The position numbers were made by a program, and so were the translations under genes. Under the pieces are notes generated by a model. It had not been told where the DNA came from and did no database searches. It saw only the letters and a program-made list of their open reading frames with translations. From Felis catus (Eukaryota): a stretch of DNA of 64,000 bases. The stretch lies in the NCBI RefSeq assembly GCF_018350175.1, contig NC_058368.1, forward strand, positions 161,078,001 to 161,142,000, written 5' to 3'. This document shows, one piece after another, positions 26,330 to 39,209 of this stretch (its first letter is position 1; the number at the start of each line of letters is the position of its first letter).

Positions 26330-26545
26330 TATAGCATGGTGACTACAGTTAAAAACACTGTATTATATATTTGAATATTGCTAAGAAAGTGGATCTTACA
26401 AGTTCTCATTATAAGAAAAAAATTTATAAGTATGTATGGTTATGGATATTAGACTTACAGGGATGATCTTTCATAATGTACACAAATAATGAATTGCTAC
26501 ACCTGGACCTAGTATGCATGTCAATTATATCCAAACAACAAAAAA
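26330..26545 (+). mobile_element. L1 (L1MA9/L1_Carn-like) 3' end
   Basis: tagcatggtgactacagtt...ttgctaagaaagtggatctt...tgtcaattata. Confidence 0.8.
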
Positions 26546-27313
26546 CATGAAAAATAGTCATGAAAAACACTCATGATTTTTACTACAACTTTCATGTACC
26601 TTCATAATAAAAACCTTCTCTACTAAATGAATTTTAAATGTCAATGGGGAAGAACGATAAAATTGTTTCTTGTTGCTATTCATGATCTTGTTTGTGCAAT
26701 GTGCAGGTTATAGTAGAAAAGAAAATTTCATCTAGGTATCAAAATCACACAAATATCCTTGAAGGTAAAAACATTTTCATTAACACAATAGATACATTTT
26801 CTCTCCCAACTTGGGTTTTTGTTTTTGTTTTTGTTTTTTTTGTTTTTTTTTTTACAAAATTTGGCAGACAAACGTTAATGGCAGAAATCCTAAATTTGTT
26901 ATACAAACAACCCCAAATCTGCCAAATATATCCCTGATGCCGGGAAAATCTCTAAGCAACAGAGGTGATCAACGCAGAAACAAAGTAACATTAGAGGGGA
27001 ATAGAATCAAAGCAGATGCTCTTCAGAATAATCTGTAGAAGTTAAAGGGATTCTTATTTTTAGGCACGTCTGTCTTTTCTGTCTGGTTTCACAGAAATCA
27101 CAAGAGTCCAAGGAGTTGTGTGTCAATTACACTTCCATTAAATTTAAAAAAAGAATCCAAGCAGTGTAATAAATGGATGTCACATGTAACTATGAAACTG
27201 AAAACGTTATGAGAGCACTGCCTGAAGACTAGTTAATCAGTTCTTACTTTCCTACATTCGACATTATAAAAACCAACACACTTTTGACATCTCGTTTTGA
27301 AAATAACAAGTTT

Positions 27314-27515
27314 GGGGCCCCTGGGTGACTCAACTGTTTAAGATTCTGACTCTTGATTTCACCTCAGGTCATGATCTTATAGTTTGTGAGTTCAAGCCCT
27401 GCGTCAGGTTCTGTACTGACAGCGTGGAGACTGCTTGGAATTTTCTCTCTCCCTTTTTCTTCCCCACCCCCCCCACTCTCTATCAAAAATAAACTTTAAA
27501 AAAATATTTAAAAAA
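27314..27515 (+). mobile_element. CAN-SINE (SINEC)
   Basis: ggggcccctgggtgactca head; TSD gaaaataacaa. Confidence 0.93.
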
Positions 27516-28149
27516 GAAAATAACAATTTTTTTCATGAAATCAGAGCTCTAAATTCAAGCTTATTGACATCTCTATCAGTACGGTAGCATAAAAAGCTAC
27601 ATATATTACTTACGTTCTTATTACTAAGTGGAAATCGACTTCAGAAAAAAGATAAATCACTCTTAGGTCTCAAAAGAAAATCGAGAAATGGAAAAGAGAA
27701 TTATATAATTTCTTATAAAATGAATAAATGGATTAAAAATAAAATTGTTTAAACTTCTATTTAACTTAGTCTTACCAACTTTCTTATATTCTAATATCTC
27801 AATTAATAAAAAGCAATTGAGAAACTTACATGTATACTCTTCAAAACTTCATTCAACCAACATTTATGTAACAGGCAAATTTCCAAGAAATAAAGTGGTA
27901 ATAGTGAATGACATTAAAGATGCTGTGTACATGAAGAAAGCATCTTAAAGATTACAAGACAATATATTTTTGAGGATCACAAAATGATCCCTTGTCATGT
28001 AGGAAGAAACTAACTTCTAAATTCTATTCTTAACTAAAAAATACTCTAAACTTCTCCCCCTCAAATTCTGAAACAGCTTTTGACAAGGATCGCTTGTCAA
28101 GATTTCAGGAGAGTAATCAGAAAGTTCCCTGAATTATTTTCTGGGGGGT

Positions 28150-29100
28150 TTATTTTTTATTATATTTGGAACAATTTCTCCAGTATTTCTTCAACTATTC
28201 CTCCCTCCTTGGTCTCTTTCTTCTTCTGAAACTCCAACTGCATGTATGTTAATCATATGGTATTTTCCTTCATGTTGCTAAATCTGTTTAGTTATGGTTA
28301 TCATTAACTTTCTTTCTGTGCGTCAGTTTGGATATTTTCTATTGACCTGTCCTTCAGTCTAATGGCCTGGACACAGAAAAATGCTGTGTCCTGACTGCTA
28401 TGAAGTTTGCGTGATAAATTCTTGGACTCAGATGTTGCCTTTTTTGGTTCTAGAATTTGCCTTTGGTTTGGTGAGGTCACTCAATATAGTCAGAAATTGA
28501 ACTGTTTTGTCTCTGCTGTTATGCTGACCCTCACTGTACCACAGACTTCAAATTCTCACATCATCTTGAGCTTGGGACGTGGGCTGGTCCTCTGGGAGTA
28601 TTCTCTCAGAGTGCTCCCCATCAACAAAAAAATTCCTTTTATACTTGCTCTTCAGAAAGGTCTCTCTCCATGCTCTTGCCCCAACCCCAGAGGAATTCTG
28701 ATGCTGATTGTTCCTCAGTTCTTGCCCGCCTGGTTGTGGTAGGCTGGGAGACAGAGCATACCCTGCTGTGGTTCACCTCAGGTGTAGGGAGGCACTGTGT
28801 TCTTGGCCCTCAAAGAAGGTGCTTCATGTATCCTGCCCTCTTCCGAGTATGTAGGGATCTTTAATGGTTGGTGATCATGACATTTTCCTTTTCCTCCCCT
28901 ACAAGAGAAGGATGAGAGTAGCATTCTTTCCAGCTTTATATATCCTAAGCTGAGGCTGAAAATGTCTCTATTAATTATTACTTTATTTTTGTCACAGGTT
29001 CACATTTTCTTAAGTCTTTATATACATTGTAATTTTTGATATATTCAACATTTTGTTATAAATGTGTAATAAAAATTGAACTTTTAATATGTTTGCCTTT
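28150..29100 (-). mobile_element. Probable old L1 5'/ORF1-region fragments
   Basis: tcttcttctgaaactccaactgcatgtatgtta...ttttctattgacctgtccttcag resemble antisense old L1 ORF1 regions; heavily decayed. Confidence 0.4.
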
Positions 29101-29195
29101 ATTCTGTTTCAATTTTCCCAGTCAGGGCTTATTCTTTCTCTTGCAGGGAGTTAGGACAAAGCTAATCATAAAGTTGGACTGGGACTAGGTTGAAG

Positions 29196-29427
29196 TTTTG
29201 TTTGTTTGTTTATTTATTTATTTATTTATTTTAACATTTATTTATTTTTGAGACAGAGAGCATGAACAGGGGAGGGTCAGAGAAAGAGGGAGACACAGAA
29301 TCTGTAACAGGCTCCAGGCTCTGAGCTGTCAGCACACAGCCCGACGCGGGGCTCGAACTCATGGACTGCGAGATCATGACCTGAGCTGAAGTTGGACGCT
29401 TAATGGACTGAGCCACCCAGGCACCCC
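29196..29427 (-). mobile_element. CAN-SINE (SINEC_Fc-type)
   Basis: Antisense SINEC with (TTTA)n tail. Confidence 0.95.
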
Positions 29428-29598
29428 ATATTTATTTATATTTTAAAGTGAGAGGTTGGGGGGAGAGGGGAAGAGGGAGAGAGGGAGAAAAAGAGAAAAT
29501 CTCACACAGGCTCCATGCTTAGCGCAGAGCCCCACACAGGGCTCCATCCCACAACCCTGGGATCAAGACCTCAACTGACTGAGCCACCCAGGTGTCCC
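29428..29598 (-). mobile_element. Older CAN-SINE in tandem with the previous one
   Basis: cacaggctccatgcttagcgcagagccc...actgagccacccaggtgtccc, with an internal deletion. Confidence 0.88.
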
Positions 29599-30172
29599 AA
29601 AACTTAAATTTCAATTCAGCTCTGAATTGAATTCCAGCTGGATCCTTGCACCTAAGCCTCCGATAACACCACATTGACTCTGTTTTCCACCTTATACCCA
29701 CAGATGCTTACTTAGCAAATTCTTATGGGCTATAACCGGCCAAGAGGTTTATTTTTACACTGGGGCTCTTCCAGATTCCAAACAGTCATACCAGCCCAGG
29801 TTTTCATGAAAAGTTTTGCTTGTTTCTTCTCATTCCAGGAAAGTCTTTCCTTCTATGGCATGCCTCCTCCTTTACCCTTGCTTACATTGTAGCCCACTTT
29901 CTCATTTATGAAAGGCTTATTTATCTTTGGAAGGGAGTCCTTTAGACATTGTTGCATCCAATACAGTCAGATGTCTTTAAAGCAAAGTTTATTTTGTTAC
30001 TAATCCACTGTTTTCTTGTTGTATGTGAGCATCGGCTCACATTCTACTGGAACTGGATATATCAACATTCTTTTTTTTTTTTTTTTTCTTCACCACTGTT
30101 TTGATTTTTATTTGTTCTTGGCTCACATGCTTACATATTTCACATTGTTGCTGTCATGGTATCATTTAAACA

Positions 30173-31012
30173 TTTTTTTAATTTAATTTTTTAAATTTAC
30201 ATCCAAATTAGTTAGCATATAGTGTAACAATGATTTCAGGAGTAGATTCCTTAACGCCCCTTACCCATTTTATCCCATCCTCCCTCTCAAAGCCCCTCCA
30301 GGAACCTTCTGTTTGTTCTCCATATTTAAGAGTCTCTTATGTTTTGTCCCCTCCCTGTTATTATATTATTTTTGTTTCCCTCCTGTTATGTTCATCTGTT
30401 TTGTCTCTTAAAGTCCTCATATGAGTGAAGTCATATGCTATTTGTCTTTCTCTGACTAATTTCACTTAGCATAATATCCTCCAGTTCCATCCACGCAGTT
30501 GCAAATGGCAAGATTTCATTCTTTCTGATTGCCGAGCAATACTCCATGGTATATATATACAACATTTTCTTTATCCATTCATCTGCTGATAGACATTTGG
30601 GTTCTTTCCATACCTTGGCTATTGTTGATAGTGCTGCTATAAACATTGGGGTGCATGTGCCCCTTCAAAACAGAATACCTGTATCCTTTGGATAAACACC
30701 TAGTATTGCAATTGCTGGGCCGTAGGGTAGTTCTATTTTTAATTTTTTGAGGAACCTCCATACTGTTTTATAGCCTCCAGAGTGGCTATACCAGCTTGCA
30801 TTCCCACCAACAGTGCAAAAGAGATCCTCTTTCTCCACATCCTCACTAACATCTGTTGTTGCCTGAGTTGTGAATATTAGCCATGCTGACAAGTGTAAGG
30901 TGGTATCTCATTGTGGTTTTGATTTGCACTTCCCCTATGATGAGTGATGTGGAGCATTTTTTCATGTGTCAGTTGGCCATCTGGATGTCTTCTTTAGAGA
31001 AGTGTCTATTCA
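30173..31012 (-). mobile_element. Feline L1 (L1_Fc-like), 5'-truncated: ORF2 C-terminus and 3'UTR
   Basis: Frameshifted ORF2 pieces MFIAALSTIAKVWKEPKC, VWRFLKKLKIELPY and ILPFATAWMELE; feline L1 3'UTR and A-rich tail. Confidence 0.95.
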
Positions 31013-31707
31013 TATCAACACTCATTTTTAAGTTTATAACAATGAACTCAAGATTTTCTATTTTAAATATCCCATTCTAGCTAAGAGGGCTCATGTCTGT
31101 GTACAGAGTTGAGTTTTTCCCTTTATTGTCAGGTAAATAATTAAATATCCTATTTACATAAGTCAAAATGTTGAACAACCAACACAACTTTCTTGCCACA
31201 CTAACATCATTTCCCATTTAAAAATCCCATTTAAAAAATGTATGGTTTGTTGGTAGGAACACATGTTGTGGCAGAACACATAATGACTGCAATGTCTATG
31301 TTAGAAATCCCTTTATCTCCATAACAGGATTCAGAGGCTTTTTTTTTTTTTTTGAGTAAGGTACGTTCCCCAATGCTGACACAGGTCATATTTTGCTATA
31401 TTTGGTGTAATCACTTACCAATTTAACATTTTACAAAGGATTTTGGATAATTTAATTTGGATATGTTAAAATAAAATCACGTTATTTTTGCTCTTGCACT
31501 CTTGTGGAGCAGCTATTATCCCATCATTTTCCAACTCTTTGTTAAATAAGATATTTATTTATTCAGATGGGCTCACAAAATATAGAGATGACTTAATATT
31601 TGACTGTCCTTAATAAAAGTATGAAGTTAAAGAAAATTACTATAATATCCAAGTAACATTACATACCTGTTGATTTTATGTTTAATCTTGGTATTTCGTC
31701 AAATTCC

Positions 31708-31832
31708 ACTTATATTAACTTATATTAACTTATATATACTTATATAACTTATATACTTATATATATACTTATATAACTTATATAACTTATATAACTTATA
31801 TAACTTATATATACTTATATAACTTATATTAA
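31708..31832. repeat. AT-rich minisatellite (ACTTATATA)n
   Basis: Repeated acttatata units with small variants. Confidence 0.9.
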
Positions 31833-32869
31833 CACATATATTATTTTACAGTATATTATTTGTTCTGATAAGAAGCATACTAAATTATTGATTCCTCTCT
31901 AAATATATTAATTTTCCTAAAAGGTAAAGTTTTAATGCTTTTAATAAATTAATCTATAATGCCTCAAGTAGCTTTAAATTAGATTGTGAACATCCATTTT
32001 TCTATAAATATATAATCTGTAGGCTGTCATAATCCTCAGAAATGTACATATTTATTTTCCATTTTTAGTAAAACAATCTTTAAAAGAAAGTACTCTGTGA
32101 GTCTATCAATATAGATCAACCATCTTCAAATATCTGAAAAGTAAAACAATTCATCTGTCTACTAAATTCAACTAAGTATTTACTTGATGTGATACATAAT
32201 TGTAGCTGCTTTAAAATATCTGAATGATTAAAATGCTTCATAGTCTGAATGTTTGACATAATCATAAGAAATTATTTTACTCAGTCCCTATTAATATTTT
32301 AAATATGCACCTAAATCCATGCACACTGTCACTCTTTAGGTTAAAGTAAAAGGAATATTGAATATAAAACAAAAGTAATTTGTGTTTTTTAAAAATGTCC
32401 ATATTATATCAATGTTTTGCTTCTTTTCAAAATTTATTTGGATCCTTCATTCTTTGTACTATTACTAATAATTTAAAACTCCTTTATAAATAATATTAAA
32501 GCTTTCCTTGTCCTTTATTAATTATTCTCTATGAAATGAAAACTAAAATATTTCAGGTTCAGAAGAAATAGCATATAGTAAAAGATGAGGGTAATGGACA
32601 AAATCAAATTACGATCACCCTTTGTTAAAACCTTCCAAACATTAGGACCAGTCCTGTATAATGCTATTTATAAGAGAATTTCTTACGAATTTCTTTTTTT
32701 AATAGATGAACCTATAATTTGCTATGTCATATATCTATCAGTATTAATGATTCACTGATAATGGAGAGAAAAATAAAGACAAATATAGAGAGCACTACAC
32801 TATGTATACATTCCGCCAGAGTAAGGAAACCTGCTGTAACAGGTTTCTGATTCTGATTGATGAAGCCTG

Positions 32870-33098
32870 TTTTTTTTTAAGTTTATTTATTTATTTTGAG
32901 AGAGAGAGAAAGAGACAGAGAACATGAGCCAGGGAGGGGCAGACAGAAAAGGAGAGAAAGAATCCCAAGCAGGTTCTACACTGTCAGCACAGAGTCCAGT
33001 GTGGGGTTCAAACTCACAAACCATGACAAACTGTGAGATCAAGACCTGAGCCAAAGTCAAAAGTCAGACACTTAAACACCTGAGCCACCCGGGCACCC
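32870..33098 (-). mobile_element. CAN-SINE (SINEC)
   Basis: Antisense SINEC; TSD ctga(t/c)tgatgaag. Confidence 0.93.
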
Positions 33099-33594
33099 TG
33101 ACTGATGAAGAATTTAGGGGAGGGAGATGCTACAGAGTGTTAAAAGCTAAACTCACAACCAGTCTCATGACCAAATTAGACTTGGGAGAGCATTTTGGGG
33201 CCTGGTTTTCTGATGATACCCTTCAGTCAGAAACTGCAAACACTGGCTTTAACCAGTTTCCCAGAAGCTGCTGCTGTACTTTCTTCTTCTGAGGTCTGGT
33301 CATTGTTATCTTTCAATTTCTCATGTTCACTTCAAAAATATCGATTTTCATACTGTAGGTTTAATTTAAAATAAGCCCAAGAAGCATATTTGTTGGATAT
33401 TTTACTATTTTTGTTATCTTCTATAAAAAAAATAATACCGTACAGAAAGGACAAAATCAAAACCTTCACCACTACAAATGCAAATGAATATGTAAGTGGT
33501 TTAACATTGCTAGACTGACACTATGCTAGGATTAGCTTATTATGTCAAGAATGAGCATTCAAAGAAATGTGGTAAGTTATAAAACTCAAAGGGG

Positions 33595-34527
33595 AAAAAG
33601 ATTACTGCTAGAACTGATACAAGAATTCAGTAAAATCTCATGATACAAAATCAACATACAGAAATATGGTGCATTTCTATACACCAATAATGAAACAGCA
33701 GAAAGAGAAATTAAGGAATTAATCTCATTTATAACTGCACCAAAAACAATAAGATACCTAGCATTAAACCTAATCAAAGAGGTAAAAGACCTGTACTCTC
33801 AAAACTATAAAACACTGATGAAAAAAAATTAAAGAGGACACAGAAAAACAGACATTCTTGCCAGAGGCAAGGGAAACAAAAGCAGAAATGAACTATTGGG
33901 ACTTCATCAAGATAAAAAGCTTCTTCACAGTGAAGGAAACAACGAAACTAAAAGGTAGCCTATAGAATGGGAGAAGATATCTGCAAATGGCATATGGGAT
34001 AAAGGGTTAGTATCCAAAATCCATAAAGAACTAATCAAGCTTAAAACCCAAAAAACAACCCAGTCAAGAAATGGGCAGAAGATATGAATAGACACTTTCC
34101 ACAGAAGACATCCAGATAGGTAACAGACACATGAAAAGATCACAACATCACTCATTGGCAGGGAAATGCAAATCAAAACCATGATGAGATGCCACCTCAC
34201 ACCTGTCAGAATGGCTAAAATCAACAACAGAAGAAACAACAGGTGTTGGTGAGGATGCAGAGAAAGGGGAACCTTCTTACACTGTTGGTGGGAATGCAAA
34301 CTGGTACAGCCACTGTGGAAGACAGTATGGAGGTCCCTCAAAAAGTTAAAATTAGAACTACCCTATGACCCAGTAATTGTACTACCAGGTATTTACCCAA
34401 AGAATACAAAATTATTAATTCAAAGGGATTCAGGCACCCCAATGTTTATAGCAGCATTATCTATAAATAGCCTAACTATGGAAACAATCCAAGTGTCTAT
34501 CGACTCGTGAATGGGTAAAGAAGAGTG

Positions 34528-34577
<50 letters not shown>

Positions 34578-34748
34578 GGAATATTCCTCGACCATCCAAA
34601 AGAATGAAATCATTCCATTTGCAATGATGTGGATGGAGCTACAGAGTATTATGCTAACTGAAGTAAATCAGTCAGAGAAAGGTAAGTACCATACAATTTC
34701 ATTCGTATGTGGAATTTAAGAAATGAAACAAATGAGCAAAAGGAACAA

Positions 34749-34779
<31 letters not shown>

Positions 34780-35020
34780 CAGAGAGACAGAGAGAAAGAG
34801 AGAGAGAGAGAGAGAGGTAAACCAAGAAATAGAGTCTTTAACTATAGAGAAAAGACTGATGGTTACAAGAGCGGAGGTAGGTGGGGGAATAGGTTAAATA
34901 GGTGATGGGGATTAAGGAGTGCACTTGCGGTGATGAGCACCAGGTATTGTATGGGAGTGTTTAATCACTAAATTATACACCTAAAACTAATATTACACTG
35001 TATGTTAACTAACTGGAATT
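33595..35020 (+). mobile_element. Carnivore L1, 5'-truncated, internally deleted ORF2 plus 3'UTR
   Basis: actgctagaactgatacaagaattcagtaaa...aaaatcaacatacag; aactattgggacttcatc; ends gtatgttaactaactggaattt; contains (TA)n and (GA)n. Confidence 0.95.
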
Positions 35021-35059
35021 TGCAAAGCTTTAAAATGCAAAGCTTTAAACAAATGGATG

Positions 35060-35640
35060 TTCCATATGACCCACCAATTTAGCACCTGGGTGTATTTACT
35101 CAATAGAAATATGTGTTTATAAAAATACTCATATAAGAATCTCATAGTATCATTATTCATAACAGGAAAAATGAAAACAAAAGAAATGTTGATCAACAAG
35201 AGGATGGATAAAAAATTTATGACATAATCAAAGAATACTACTTGTCAATAATAAGAAATGAATTACTGACACACCAATAAATGCGAAGAACATTCCATAA
35301 AGAATCTCAAAAACATTGAGCAAAATAAAAGTCAAATATGTAAGGAATGTCTACTTTATAAGTCCATTTAAATGAAATGCAAAACTAGACAAAACTAATC
35401 TCTAATGATAGAAATCACAAAGAAGTTAGTTCTTGGGAACTAAGGTTGAAATGGAATTTCCTGGAAAGGGAAACATTTTGGTGCAATAAAAATATTATCC
35501 CACTTGATTCAAGCAGTGTTTACTGGGGAATATAAATTGCCATTTAATTTATATTTATGTTATGCATTCAACTGAACACTGGGATCTGTGGAATGTTTTG
35601 TATGTAAACATTTCTTCAACAAAACTTACTATAATAAAAA
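35060..35640 (+). mobile_element. Old L1 (L1ME-like) 3' fragment
   Basis: ccatatgacccacc...aagaaatgaattactgac...aactaatctctaatgatagaaatca. Confidence 0.65.
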
Positions 35641-37256
35641 CCAATAAAAAAGATCTGTATTGTTAACATATTCCTAGTTTTTATAACCACATGAAGTATT
35701 TCCTAAGAATGAATAATCTTATTTAAGCTTTGTTTTAATCACCTGTTTACATAGTATTTATTATACAATGTTTTAGCTTTGTAGATAAAATGAAATACAT
35801 ATAGAGTATTATTATTCTTATTGTAAATACCACAGAAGATTTGCTAATTATACTTAAAATGTATTCTGCTGCAATCATTTTTTTTGCAACAGAAGTACTG
35901 GTATTAAGATAATCTTTCACTTTAGAAAATTATAAAAATATTATGAAAGGAGAAAAATATGTATCTATTAAACGGTTTGTTTCCAAAAGTGTTCAAAATT
36001 CTTCTTTCCGTTTTGTTGTTTTAAACTACCCTATTTATTTGTTATGGCAGTCCTAGGAGTAAAATTTAGAATGCTTTTTAAAAAAAAAATCATTATCTAA
36101 AGAAGTAAGTAGGAATGACATATACTTGTTTGAAAAAATTCATTTCTTGAATTTTTGGTTTTTTTCTCAACTTTTCCTTATTTTTAGCCATTTTGTGAAA
36201 CACTTTGCAAGAATATATAAGTATCATTAAAATAAAATTTGCATAAGTTTCTATTTTATTTAAAAATATAAAGAGGAAATTGATTATCTCTAACAATGTG
36301 GTAAAATTTGCTATCATATCTGTGATTTAAAAATGTAGCATAAAGTTTCATATGTTCATTTTTGGTCACATTTACTTTTCAGAGTAGTAATTTTCATGTT
36401 AAAGGGTCAATAGCCATTCATTGTAAGATAAAGTTTGTTCTGTGTTATTTTGGATGAATTGCACAGAATTCGGTTAGCTTCTCAGAATGTAGCTATGAAA
36501 ATATAAATTTCATTGAATTAAAGGCCTTTATGAGAAGAGCGAAATATCTAAGCTCTCTACATTCAAATTATCACCTATTCTTTATAAAAAGAATTGTTAT
36601 TTTACTAAAAATGATTATCTTGTGATTTACAATATTAGCAGATTAACAAGGAGGCAAAATCAATCAAGAGTATTTCTAAAAATCAAGGCCTTAGTAAACC
36701 ATACCTAATTTAGAAATAAATGCTTGTTTACATACTTCTTGAGCTCTGTATTTAACAGGGTTGAACATAGTAAATTATTGTTGATGAGTTAATTCTCAAA
36801 TGTTAGTTGCCATGGGCAGTGTAGCCATAGCTAGTGGCTCTGTCTGGCACACCATCTGTGACCTCTGCAAATCTAACCTGGACTAATGGAAAATCAATGA
36901 GCAGAGACAAATAATGTCTAGTCATGTATCTTCTATATGAAGGACCAAAACTTTCACAACTTGCATTAAGATTACTGAGATCTGATCTGAATAAAAATCA
37001 GAAATTGTGACCCGTTAATTAGTTCCCTGTAAGTTATTCATCGAACTTTTCTTCATATTTGTAGTAAAATGATTTCTAATACTAAAATTTTACTTTAACA
37101 AATCACTTATGCATATCATATTTTCTGAACATTCTTATCCATGTGTTTTCCTATTTCACATACTATTCTTGTACATGAATTACTGAAGCAGAAAATAATT
37201 TCTCAATCACTCAGTACTAAAAAAATAAGAAACATTAATTGAAGTAGTTGACCTTT

Positions 37257-37463
37257 GGGGTGCCTGGGTGGCTCAGTTGGTTAAGAGTCTGACTCCTGAT
37301 TTCAGCTCAGGTCATGATCTCACGGATCATGGGATCAGGCCCCATGTTGGGTTCTGTACTGACAGGCAGAGCCTGCTTGGGATTTTCTCTCTTCCTCTCT
37401 CTCTGCCCCTCCCATGCTTGTGTGCTCTCTGTCTCTCAAAATAAATAAAAATAAACATTTAAA
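37257..37463 (+). mobile_element. CAN-SINE (SINEC)
   Basis: ggggtgcctgggtggctcag head; TSD tagttgacctt. Confidence 0.95.
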
Positions 37464-38928
37464 GAAATAGTTGACCTTAAAAATAAAATAAAATAAAATA
37501 AAATAATAAAATTAGATAAAATAATAAAAATAGTTGACCTTATAAAATTAGTCAAACTTACTATGCAACTATGTGACATTACAATGATCATTCTCATATA
37601 CTGAAATGATATTTTTAACTTTCTATGTATTAATCTTTATTATCATATTGCTTTATTATTACAAATATTAGGACAATTTTAGTTAAAATGAAAATAATAA
37701 CAAAGATTATCAAAATTACATGGCCTAAATAATTATGGTAAAAAATTATGGTTTCTATACACATCCCAGAAATTGTGTTCTAGCTATACATAGTAATGAA
37801 TAATTAAAAACAACTCAGTTTTTATTCTAGCAATGTATTATTTTGGCACCTACTCAGAATCCAATACTAAGTAATTTCTAGTAGAATAATTAATACATGG
37901 TGAGTAGCAGCCCTTTCAACTTACCAGATTTAAAAATATATATAAATATGAATAGAAATATTTAAAACATATTCATAAAATGTGCAAAATGCAAACAGAT
38001 AGATTTATATGACTTACACATATATAATAGGCTGCCAATTAATATATTAAAAACATAAATGAGCATTATCAGACTACATATTTAATATAATTTGTTAATG
38101 TCTTTAGAAAACCCATTTTGAATTAAAAAAATACTGTTTAGAACTTCTTTAAAAGAAGATTCTGATTTAAAAGTTCTTTCCTATTTTCAAATATCTTAAA
38201 ATATCCTTGAGCTTCTTTAAGAGACAGTTCTACATTTTAGATGTCACTGGAAGAAGCTGATGAAATAATATTTTGCTCAACCTGACATGTGCAATTTGAA
38301 TTAATCGATGGCTACACCTTATAAATTACTGTTGGTGAAGCACAGTGAAAAGAAAATTGGTCTACAAATACCTATTTAACTGTTCAGGTGGTAAATACCT
38401 GCTGTCATCTATCTATTTCTCAAGTGTACTGGCTTCATGTATCTTGCCTGAGATTCAAGACAGCTCTGTAGTTCATTTCAGAAAGCAGTGAACCCAAAAA
38501 TCCACCTCAGAAAATTTTAAATATAACCCCATTTGGTAATATAATATCTGAGTCTGTAAAACTTCATTAACTCCCACATTTCATCTATGACACATTTTGA
38601 TAGAAATAAGCCAAACTAAACAAAAACAACAAAAGCAAACAGTTATCATTTTCTCTTTGTGCCAATATGCCGTATAACTTAATTTGATCTCCAGTGAGTA
38701 CGATAATATTCCTCTCTTAATCTTCCCTGAGCAATTACAATAACCGAGTTTGCCAATATCACCAAAAGAAGTGAAGCAATAAATTGAATTGCTTCCTCAA
38801 TAGTTTACTCTTAAAGTAATATCTATTACATTACTATTTGGAGACTGTTATCATAACCAGTATAAGCTGCAAAAATTTAATATTTCGGATAAAGGACTGT
38901 ACTTAAAAACAAGATTTCTTTAGCTTTT

Positions 38929-39205
38929 TGCACATGAATCCTTATTTCTGCTCATTCCCACTAGAACTTTTGCCATTCCTAATTTCCCTGCCTGTAGTGA
39001 TATTCTCTTAATGGTTTCAGGTCTGGATTTTTCCTTGGTCTTGGTGTCTTAGCTCAGATGTTATCTCCTCACAGATGTTTCCCTTGGTTTAAACTAGTAT
39101 AACCTTCATGATACTTCCCAGTGGCTATAATTACCTTCTTACTGTATTTATTCACGTTTTTTATTTTCACTGTATCATGTAAACTCTACAAAAGCAGGAA
39201 TTTCT
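38929..39205 (+). mobile_element. L2 3' fragment (paralogue of 3399-3670)
   Basis: ctcattccc...ctttt gcc...agctcagatgttatctcctca. Confidence 0.6.
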
Positions 39206-39209
39206 TAAT

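Noticed and set aside
30023..30042. Hairpin atgtgagc-atcg-gctcacat next to the L1 insertion
   Set aside because: An 8 bp stem is expected by chance in 64 kb; there is no independent support.
33925..34341. 138 aa minus-strand ORF
   Set aside because: It is the antisense reading of L1 ORF2.
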